Below, piece by piece: positions 28,620-35,903 of a DNA stretch of 64,000 bases (position 1 is its first letter; each line of letters begins with the position of its first letter). A program made the translations under genes and the position numbers. This stretch comes from Acutalibacteraceae bacterium. Its GTDB lineage: Bacteria > Bacillota > Clostridia > Oscillospirales > Acutalibacteraceae. Below the pieces are notes generated by a model. It saw nothing but the letters and a program-made list of their open reading frames with translations. It made no database searches and had not been told where the DNA came from. The stretch lies in assembly GCA_045599345.1 (NCBI GenBank), contig JAZRVV010000019.1, forward strand, positions 3,103-67,102, read 5' to 3'.

Positions 28620-29043
28620 CAAAAGGTCTAAGTCATCCCTCTTCCTTATGGAAATAATCATAGTTTTGATGTTCTTCGCACTTTCAGCAGCTATTTGTAT
28701 GAAGGTGTTCTCAAGTGCCAAGATTAAGACTGAACTCTCTCGTGATATGACAAACGCAAGTTTTGCAGCAGAGAGTATCGCCGAGGCTTGGAAGGCAGAT
28801 AAACTTGATGGAACTGACTTTGCCTCAATCTATCCAAACTCAACAGAACACGATGGAATTATCACTGTGTTCTATGACAAGGATTGGACCCTTGAGGAAA
28901 AATATCAGGGCGCTTATCATGCAACTATAGAGGAGCACGCTGACAAGTACTTCGTACAGGCACACGTTGCCGTATACGATGACTCTGGCGCATTGCTCTT
29001 TGATATGGTTACGGCAGTGAGCCCAGACAAGGGGGTAGAGTAA
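28600..29043 (+). CDS. Pseudopilin-like protein (prepilin-type N-terminus lacking Gly-1)
   Basis: A basic leader ends in KSS, followed by LFLMEIIIVLMFFALSAAI (Glu at +5). The likely start is TTG 28609, after GGAGG. It overlaps the upstream gene. Confidence 0.6.
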   Translation: MARLKTNKRSKSSLFLMEIIIVLMFFALSAAICMKVFSSAKIKTELSRDMTNASFAAESIAEAWKADKLDGTDFASIYPNSTEHDGIITVFYDKDWTLEEKYQGAYHATIEEHADKYFVQAHVAVYDDSGALLFDMVTAVSPDKGVE

Positions 29044-29498
29044 TGGAACAGAATGAACGCAAATCATCCGGTATCAATATCGGTAGTGCAAGTATCATAA
29101 TGGTCTTCTCCGTACTTTGCCTCACAATCTTTGCAGTACTTACCTTTATGACATCGAACAACGAGTACAAGCTTGCTGAGAAGTCTGCACGTACAATGCA
29201 GACGTATTATGCAGCAGATGCTGGTGCCGTTGTTATAGAAGGCAAGATACGTGAAGCATTGGCAAACAATCCGGATGCCGCAAGTGCACTTAGTGAAGTA
29301 AAGGGACTTGGCGTTGCAGGTGCTGCAATGGACGACGGTTACCACTTTAGCTATGCACAAGGCATGGATGACGACCAAGAAATTCAAGTTGAGCTCCTCT
29401 ATACAGGTGGCGACCTTAAAATTCTCAAGTGGGAACTTGTTAATGTCGCAGAGTGGAGCGCAGACGGTGAAGTACATCTTTGGGATGGTGAGTTTTAA
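29043..29498 (+). CDS. Small membrane-anchored protein of the filament operon
   Basis: 151 aa. MEQNERKSSG then INIGSASIIMVFSVLCLTIFAVL. Both its start and its stop overlap the neighbouring genes by 1 nt. Confidence 0.5.
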   Translation: MEQNERKSSGINIGSASIIMVFSVLCLTIFAVLTFMTSNNEYKLAEKSARTMQTYYAADAGAVVIEGKIREALANNPDAASALSEVKGLGVAGAAMDDGYHFSYAQGMDDDQEIQVELLYTGGDLKILKWELVNVAEWSADGEVHLWDGEF

Positions 29499-30562
29499 TG
29501 GATTTATTAACACTTCTTCGCGGTGCAGTTGAGCAGCAGGCATCGGACATCTTTGTCCTTGCCAGCCTTCCTCTTTCATACAAACTAAACGGCATTATCG
29601 TGCCACAGGAAGAGGAGCGCATGACTCCGCAGACAACTCGCGCACTTATTGAGGAAATATATGATACAGCAGGACGTCCTATGGATCACCTTTTAGCATC
29701 TGGTGACGATGACTTCTCGCTTGCTATCAGTGGCCTCTCTCGTTTCAGAGTAAGCACATACAAGCAGCGTGGATCACTCGCTGCTGTTATCCGTCTGGTT
29801 TCATTTGATATTCCAGATTACAAGGATTTGGGCATTCCAGATTCTGTTATGTCTATCGCTGAAAAGACAAAGGGCCTTGTACTTGTAACAGGTCCTGCAG
29901 GCGGTGGTAAGTCAACCACACTTGCCTGCATCATCGATAGGATTAACAAGACAAGAAACGGTCATATAATCACACTTGAGGAACCACTTGAGTACCTCCA
30001 CCGCAATGATAAATGCGTAATCTCACAGCGTGAGATTGGCTCTGACTCAGCTGACTACGTAGCTGCACTTCGTGCATGCCTTCGTCAGGCTCCTGATGTT
30101 ATCCTTGTTGGTGAGATGCGTGACTATGAGACTATCAAGACAGCTATGACTGCTGCTGAGACAGGACACCTTGTCATCTCAACACTCCATACCGTTGGCG
30201 CTGCCAATACAATCGATCGTGTTATCGATGTATTCCCACCTAATCAGCAACAGCAGATTAGGGTACAGCTCGCACAGCTTTTGCAGTGCGTAGTATCACA
30301 ACAGTTGATCCCAACTGTTGACGGCGCACTGGTACCAGCGTTTGAGGTTATGAACCTTAATAGCGCAATTCGTAATATGATTCGTGAGTCCAAGGTACAT
30401 CAAATAGACTCAATCATTGCAACATCAGCTGCCGAAGGCATGGTTGCAATGGATTCAAGTATATTTGACCTTTACGACAACGGAATCATTTCCGAAATGA
30501 ACGCTATTAAGTTTGCATCAAACGCTGACCTTCTCAAGAAAAAGATGCAGATGAAAAAGTAA
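29498..30562 (+). CDS. pilT: PilT-family type IV pilus (retraction-type) ATPase
   Basis: 354 aa with Walker A VTGPAGGGKSTT, Walker B DVILVGEMRD, His box ETGHLVISTLHT and the PilT signature AIRNMIRE. Confidence 0.9.
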   Translation: MDLLTLLRGAVEQQASDIFVLASLPLSYKLNGIIVPQEEERMTPQTTRALIEEIYDTAGRPMDHLLASGDDDFSLAISGLSRFRVSTYKQRGSLAAVIRLVSFDIPDYKDLGIPDSVMSIAEKTKGLVLVTGPAGGGKSTTLACIIDRINKTRNGHIITLEEPLEYLHRNDKCVISQREIGSDSADYVAALRACLRQAPDVILVGEMRDYETIKTAMTAAETGHLVISTLHTVGAANTIDRVIDVFPPNQQQQIRVQLAQLLQCVVSQQLIPTVDGALVPAFEVMNLNSAIRNMIRESKVHQIDSIIATSAAEGMVAMDSSIFDLYDNGIISEMNAIKFASNADLLKKKMQMKK

Positions 30563-30573
30563 GACAAAATAAG

Positions 30574-30610
30574 AACTCCTGACTAGCGACCTAGTCAGGA
30601 GTTTTGTTTT
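30574..30610. terminator. Bidirectional rho-independent terminator
   Basis: 13-bp stem aactcctgactag/ctagtcaggagtt, flanked by a/t-rich runs on both sides. Confidence 0.7.
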
Positions 30611-30615
30611 AAGAT

Positions 30616-31407
30616 TTAATTAAGTTCCTTGAGAGAAAATACAACTAGTGGATAATCATCTGCATATTCAGGGTACTTTGAAACTGTCATCTCAAAAGCA
30701 GTGCCCTTTTTGTCCCTAAAGATTAGGACCATTCTATCCTTGCCCTCATCAAGTTGCTTCTTGATGTTGGCATAGTCCATGAATCTAGTAAATGGAACTT
30801 GGAAATCCTCGGATATGTAGTTGGTGCAGACGTCGTTCATCATCTCAAGATGAGAACCAAACTGTTTTGCATATACATCGTAGTCGTCTCCTGTGTTGGA
30901 GTAAACAAGCCTGCTCATGCTGTTTGAGAGGTCGATTACATATACAAGGATGTAGTTGTATACAAGCTGTTCCATAACAGCTTTGTTGAATACTTCGGCT
31001 CTGTTTTCCTCAGTTTTTTTAACGTCGTCATCGACAAGAAAAACGTTGAAGAAAAATACAGTATGACCCGAGCCGTCATCGATTGGAACAAGACGAATTC
31101 TAAACCAGTGGTACTGGTGATCGTCAAAGCCCATCATCAATGCTTCGACACGGAGAGTCTGGTTATTGTCAAAGGCAGTTTTGAGATACTGCGTTGTGAG
31201 CTCGTTCTTGAGTTTGTTCTTAAAAAGTGGATGCATCAATGTATCCGCAATTTCAACAAACTCATCAAAGGTACGCTCAATGTATCCAACACCCTTGCCA
31301 TTGTATGTGATGCAGTAGTTGTCATCAATGTCGATGATTGTGTTGTAGAGAAACTGGGTGCTAACAAAGGTGGCAACTATAGTCTCAATACGCTTTTTAT
31401 CCATCAT
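30616..31407 (-). CDS. Hypothetical cytoplasmic protein, possibly a tandem PAS-like sensor module without an output domain
   Basis: 263 aa from ATG 31407, with an AGGGGG RBS. The ORF-track 5' extension was trimmed because it runs through the tRNA. Segments such as YHWFRIRLVPIDDGSGH resemble PAS cores. No enzymatic motif is seen. Confidence 0.55.
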   Translation of the reverse strand: MMDKKRIETIVATFVSTQFLYNTIIDIDDNYCITYNGKGVGYIERTFDEFVEIADTLMHPLFKNKLKNELTTQYLKTAFDNNQTLRVEALMMGFDDHQYHWFRIRLVPIDDGSGHTVFFFNVFLVDDDVKKTEENRAEVFNKAVMEQLVYNYILVYVIDLSNSMSRLVYSNTGDDYDVYAKQFGSHLEMMNDVCTNYISEDFQVPFTRFMDYANIKKQLDEGKDRMVLIFRDKKGTAFEMTVSKYPEYADDYPLVVFSLKELN

Positions 31408-31427
31408 AGAATATACGCCCCCTAAAG

Positions 31428-31503
31428 TGGAGCTGGAAACGTGACTCGAACACGCGACCTGCTCATTACGAATGAGCTGCTCTACCAACTGAGCTATTCC
31501 AGC
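31428..31503 (-). tRNA. tRNA-Thr (anticodon CGT)
   Basis: The manual cloverleaf is as follows. Acceptor GCTGGAA/TTCCAGC. D arm GCTC-AGTTGGTA-GAGC. Anticodon arm GCTCA-TTCGTAA-TGAGC. Variable loop AGGTC. T arm GCGTG-TTCGAGT-CACGT. Encoded CCA. Confidence 0.95.
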
Positions 31504-31616
31504 ATCTGTCCACTAATATATAATAGCACATTTTTGAATATAAGGAAATATGGCTTTTTCAATACGGTTGTGATACCATAATAAAGTATTAATTAATTTA
31601 AATAGGAGGAATTTTT

Positions 31617-32696
31617 GTGGCAGATATTCAAAAGCAAAACGAGATAAAGGTTAAAACTAAACTTCTTGATGAAAACGGCTATGTTTTAGAGCCAGGTTGG
31701 GCAAGACATAACAGCCTCATTGAGTACAACCGTGATGCAATTAGTGCACACCCTCTTAGAATCAAGGAATGGGACTTCTATGAGGTTTCAAATGACAGAT
31801 ACATGATGCAGTTCACTATTGCTAATATATCAATGGCAGAGGCAGGATGCATTACTGTTACAGATATGAAAACAGGACTTCCTGTTTTCTGTGCAGCAAT
31901 GGCTCACATCTATACAGTAAATCGTTTCCCAATGCCTCGTCAGAGCGACCAGCCATTCGTAGTAGACAGAAACTATGGATATTTCAAGATGCACGAGTCA
32001 TACGACGGCAAGTCTCGTCATCTCTCGGCAAAGGGTATTGCTATTTGGCCAACAGGTCTTCCATTCACACTTGAGATGGACCTCGCTGTACCAGAGGGAC
32101 AGGAGTCAATCTCTATCTCTATTCCATGGAAAAAGAAGGATGCTAAGGGTTCTAAGAAGATGAAAGACCACTTCTTCTTTACAAACAAAGAGAACTGTAT
32201 GCCAGCAACTGGTTTCTTAAAGATCGGACCAAAGAAGCTCAAATTCTCAAAGGAAAACAACAGTTTTGGCGTACTCGACTGGGGCCGTGGAGTTTGGGCC
32301 CACAACATCCGCTGGATTTGGGGCAATGGATCGACCTATATCAACGACAAACTTTTCGGTTTTGAAATCACATTTGGATTTGGTGATGACAGCGATGCTA
32401 CAGAGACTTGCCTCTTCTATGATGGCGTTGCTCACAAGCTTGGTAAGGTAACGGTTGATTACGACCACAAGCATCCAAAATCAAGACCATGGGTATTCCA
32501 TGAGGAGAATGGTCGTTTCGAGCTCACAATGGACCCATTCTTTAACTCACACATCGGTATTGATATCGGTATTGTTGGTGCTCATACAGATCAGTGCACA
32601 GGCCTCTGGAATGGTACTGTAACACTTGACGATGGCACCGTTTTAGAGATTAAGGATATGCAGGCATTCTGTGAGCAAGTTCACAGTAAATGGTAG
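31617..32696 (+). CDS. DUF2804-like protein
   Basis: 359 aa, GTG start after ATAGGAGG. The family assignment is from memory of this sequence type (WDFYEV ... WGRGVW). Confidence 0.6.
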   Translation: MADIQKQNEIKVKTKLLDENGYVLEPGWARHNSLIEYNRDAISAHPLRIKEWDFYEVSNDRYMMQFTIANISMAEAGCITVTDMKTGLPVFCAAMAHIYTVNRFPMPRQSDQPFVVDRNYGYFKMHESYDGKSRHLSAKGIAIWPTGLPFTLEMDLAVPEGQESISISIPWKKKDAKGSKKMKDHFFFTNKENCMPATGFLKIGPKKLKFSKENNSFGVLDWGRGVWAHNIRWIWGNGSTYINDKLFGFEITFGFGDDSDATETCLFYDGVAHKLGKVTVDYDHKHPKSRPWVFHEENGRFELTMDPFFNSHIGIDIGIVGAHTDQCTGLWNGTVTLDDGTVLEIKDMQAFCEQVHSKW

Positions 32697-32762
32697 GAGA
32701 ATTCATTGACTTTAAAATGGGGTTATGGTAACATACATAGGTAATTTTGAGGAGGTCTCACT

Positions 32763-33578
32763 ATGAAGAGAATTATCGCACTTTTACTCGTTCTCGTTAT
32801 GGCGTTAACACTTTGTGCATGTCATAAAAATGAGGACCCAACCCTTGAGCCTGATTACAAGGATGGACAGGGTTCTAGCAGCAACCTTGACCTTTCAGCA
32901 TTTGAGGGTAAACTTTTAAAGCCATACGTTGAACTTATTGCATCTGGTAACTACTATTTCAAGATTTCTTCTGCTGAAGGCGGAGAAGAGGAAATGTTCA
33001 CACAGATTGGTAAAGATAAGATGATTTCTATCAAGAACCAGGGCTACGACTTCATCAAGAAGGGCGACGGCACACTCTACTGTGTAACAGGAAGCCAGTA
33101 TGTTGAACTTAATACCAAGAACCTTTCAGTAGTATCTGCTGAAACAGCACAGCTCGTTGACAGCCTTAAGCTAGTCTTTGATCAGTCAGAGAAACTTGTT
33201 TCTGATATGGTTACAATGACTCCAACAGACAAGGCAAGCTCACTTTCTGTTAAGGATTATAAGCACGAGGAATATGTTGATAAGTGGGGTACTCTCTACA
33301 GCTTCTTCTTTGATAGCAGCAATGTACTTGTTGCCTATGCAAGAATAGAGAGTGAGACAAATTACGCTATTACAATAGTTGAATTTGGTACTCCATCACC
33401 TAATACAATTAGCAACATCTTCCTCAACTATACACAGGTTGATGCTGGTGACGTTTCAACACAGCAGCAGACAACAACTACAACACAGGCGCCTACAACA
33501 ACTACAACACAGGCACCTAAGCAGCAGACACCTGCTCCTGCAGCACAGCAGCCAGCAGCTCCTGCAACAGTAGGCTAA
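32763..33578 (+). CDS. Lipoprotein of unknown function with a T/Q/A/P-rich tail
   Basis: Signal peptide plus lipobox LTLCAC. The C-terminus is low complexity: TTTTTQAPTTTTTQAPKQQTPAPAAQQ. Confidence 0.6.
   Translation: MKRIIALLLVLVMALTLCACHKNEDPTLEPDYKDGQGSSSNLDLSAFEGKLLKPYVELIASGNYYFKISSAEGGEEEMFTQIGKDKMISIKNQGYDFIKKGDGTLYCVTGSQYVELNTKNLSVVSAETAQLVDSLKLVFDQSEKLVSDMVTMTPTDKASSLSVKDYKHEEYVDKWGTLYSFFFDSSNVLVAYARIESETNYAITIVEFGTPSPNTISNIFLNYTQVDAGDVSTQQQTTTTTQAPTTTTTQAPKQQTPAPAAQQPAAPATVG
33471..33518 (+). repeat. 24-nt in-frame tandem repeat (x2, 1 mismatch)
   Basis: acaacaactacaacacaggcgcct / acaacaactacaacacaggcacct, encoding TTTTTQAP twice. Confidence 0.85.
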
Positions 33579-33637
33579 TGGACTTAAATGAGCACCTCTT
33601 TTGAGGTGCTCTAACTATATCTGGAGGTCAAAAACGT

Positions 33638-34069
33638 ATGGATGTCAAGGTAAAATACTTTACAGACAAGATTGAAAAGCTCTGCTACATAGATGGCAAG
33701 TCGGATTGGATCGACTTGCGTGCCGCAGAGGACGTAGTAATGAAGGCGGGCGAGTGGCGCCTCATTCCACTCGGAATTGCCATTGAATTGCCAGAAGGAT
33801 ATGAGGCGCACGTAGTGCCACGCTCATCGACATACAAGAACTTTGGCGTAATTCAGACCAATTCAATGGGTGTCATTGATGCGTCATACTGCGGCGACGA
33901 CGACCAGTGGTTCTGGCCGGCATATGCACTCCGTGACACGGAAATCCATGTCAATGACCGCATCTGCCAGTTCCGTATAATGGAAAACCAGCCACACATC
34001 GATTTTTGTGAGGTAGACCACCTCGATGGGGAAAATCGAGGAGGCTTTGGGTCGACAGGCAAGAGCTAA
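33638..34069 (+). CDS. dut: dUTP diphosphatase
   Basis: 143 aa with the trimeric dUTPase motifs [16 protein letters not shown] and RGGFGSTG. Confidence 0.9.
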   Translation: MDVKVKYFTDKIEKLCYIDGKSDWIDLRAAEDVVMKAGEWRLIPLGIAIELPEGYEAHVVPRSSTYKNFGVIQTNSMGVIDASYCGDDDQWFWPAYALRDTEIHVNDRICQFRIMENQPHIDFCEVDHLDGENRGGFGSTGKS

Positions 34070-34076
34070 AAAAGAG

Positions 34077-34105
34077 TTGTCTTTCGCACTTTAATGTGCT
34101 AATAT
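34077..34105 (+). promoter_or_regulatory. Candidate extended -10 promoter upstream of nhaC
   Basis: TTGTCT (34077-34082), 17-nt spacer, tgcTAATAT (-10 at 34100-34105). Confidence 0.4.
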
Positions 34106-34151
34106 ACTAATACAATTAAAAAGTATTAATCATAACTATTTTTTTATGAGT

Positions 34152-34178
34152 AGTCGTGATAGTATCACGACTTTTTTT
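34152..34178 (+). terminator. Intrinsic terminator within the nhaC leader
   Basis: 9-bp stem agtcgtgat/atcacgact with a 3-nt loop, followed by ttttttt. It lies 32 nt upstream of the nhaC ATG. Confidence 0.6.
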
Positions 34179-34209
34179 ATTGGAAAATTTTTGAAAAGGA
34201 GTTTTCGAA

Positions 34210-35856
34210 ATGGAAAACAAAAAGAAGATTTCCGGTACAGCGATAGGCGCAATTGCGTTCGTAATTCTCTTTATCGTTATCTGCTCATTTACCGGAAGCA
34301 TTTTAAGCGCTGGTGGCACACTTTGGGCACTCCTTCCACCAGTATTCGCAATTTGCCTTGCACTTATTACAAAGGAAGCTTATTCATCACTCTTCCTTGG
34401 TACAGTACTTGGCGGTTTGCTTGCTGCACACTTTAACCCAATTGGCACAGTAAACTTCCTTACAGTTGAAGGTGTAACAGAGGCTGTTTCAGGTAACGCT
34501 GGTATCTTTGCATTCCTCGTTATCCTTGGCATCATCGTTGCCCTCCTCAACAAGTCAGGCGGTTCTGCTGCTTTCGGACGTTGGGCACAGACACATATCA
34601 AGTCACGTGCAGGCGCAGCACTCGCAACTTTCGCACTTGGCGTACTCATCTTTATCGATGACTACTTCAACTGCCTCACAGTTGGTTCAGTTATGCGCCC
34701 TGTAACAGATTCTAAGAAGATCTCTCGTGCAAAGCTTGCTTACCTCATCGATGCAACAGCAGCACCTATTTGTATGATAGCTCCTATCTCTTCTTGGGCT
34801 GCTGCAGTTTCAGGTTATGCTCCAGATGGTCAGGGCCTCCAGCTCTTCATCTCAGCTATCCCTTATAACTACTACTCACTTCTCACACTCGTTTTCGTTA
34901 TCGCTCTTTCAATCATGAGCTTTGACTATGGTTCAATGGCTCTTCATGAGAAGAATGCATTTGAAAACGACGACCTCTTCACAACAGGCGCTTTTGAGGG
35001 TGAAAAGGAAGTAGAAGCAAATCCAAAGGGCAAGGTTATCGACCTCGTTCTTCCTATTATTGTACTCATCGCTCTTTCAGTATTCTCACTCATCTATGTT
35101 GGCCAGTGCATGGTTGGCGATGATTGGATCTTTACTCCAGCAGAGCGTATGGCTGATATGGGATTCATCGATGCATTCTCAAACACAGATGCTACAATCG
35201 GTCTTCCTTGGGCTGCTTTTGTTGCACTTGTATTTACAGTAATTTACCTTATTGCAAGAAGAGTTATCACATTCAAAGAGGCTATGGAATGCGTTCCACA
35301 GGGCTTCATTGCAATGGTTCCACCAATCCTTATCTTGACACTTGCAACATCACTTAAGAACATGACAGGTCTCTTGGGTGCTGCTGACTATGTTGGTGGT
35401 CTCGTTGAGGGTTCAGCTGGTCTCTTCCAGTCATTCCTTCCAGCAATCATCTTTGTTATTGCTTGTCTCCTTGCATTCTCAACAGGTACATCATGGGGTA
35501 CATTCGGTATCCTCATCCCAATCGTTACAGCTATCTTCCCAGTAGGTTCAACACTTGGTACAATCTGTATCTCTGCTTGCCTTGCTGGTGCTGTTTGCGG
35601 TGATCACTGCTCACCAATCTCTGATACAACAATCATGTCATCAGCTGGTGCTCAGTCTAACCACTTAAATCACGTATCAACTCAGCTTCCATATGCAATC
35701 ACAGTAGCAGCTATTTCATTTGTAATGTTTATCATTGCTGGTTTCGTTCAGAACGCTGTTATCTGCCTTGCAATTGGTATTGTAGCTACAATTGCTGTAC
35801 TCTTCGCTATCAAGAAGTTTGGCAAGAAAGTATACGTTGCAAAGAAAGCAAAATAA
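34210..35856 (+). CDS. nhaC: NhaC-family Na+/H+ antiporter
   Basis: 548 aa, polytopic. Typical NhaC-family sequence character (IDDYFNCLTVGSVMRPV ... GDHCSPISDTT). Confidence 0.85.
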   Translation: MENKKKISGTAIGAIAFVILFIVICSFTGSILSAGGTLWALLPPVFAICLALITKEAYSSLFLGTVLGGLLAAHFNPIGTVNFLTVEGVTEAVSGNAGIFAFLVILGIIVALLNKSGGSAAFGRWAQTHIKSRAGAALATFALGVLIFIDDYFNCLTVGSVMRPVTDSKKISRAKLAYLIDATAAPICMIAPISSWAAAVSGYAPDGQGLQLFISAIPYNYYSLLTLVFVIALSIMSFDYGSMALHEKNAFENDDLFTTGAFEGEKEVEANPKGKVIDLVLPIIVLIALSVFSLIYVGQCMVGDDWIFTPAERMADMGFIDAFSNTDATIGLPWAAFVALVFTVIYLIARRVITFKEAMECVPQGFIAMVPPILILTLATSLKNMTGLLGAADYVGGLVEGSAGLFQSFLPAIIFVIACLLAFSTGTSWGTFGILIPIVTAIFPVGSTLGTICISACLAGAVCGDHCSPISDTTIMSSAGAQSNHLNHVSTQLPYAITVAAISFVMFIIAGFVQNAVICLAIGIVATIAVLFAIKKFGKKVYVAKKAK

Positions 35857-35869
35857 TTTAGAAAAACAC

Positions 35870-35903
35870 AAGACCCGAGTCGTTTGACTCGGGTCTTATT
35901 TTT
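35870..35903. terminator. Bidirectional rho-independent terminator
   Basis: 12-bp stem aagacccgagtc/gactcgggtctt followed by atttttt. Confidence 0.75.

Noticed and set aside
30616-31488. Full 290-aa ORF-track version of the hypothetical gene.
   Set aside because: Its first 27 codons run through the tRNA-Thr gene (31428-31503). I trimmed the gene to ATG 31407, which has its own RBS.
34146-34436. 96-aa + strand ORF overlapping the nhaC start.
   Set aside because: It has no RBS, begins inside the leader terminator hairpin, and is out of frame with the well-supported nhaC ORF.
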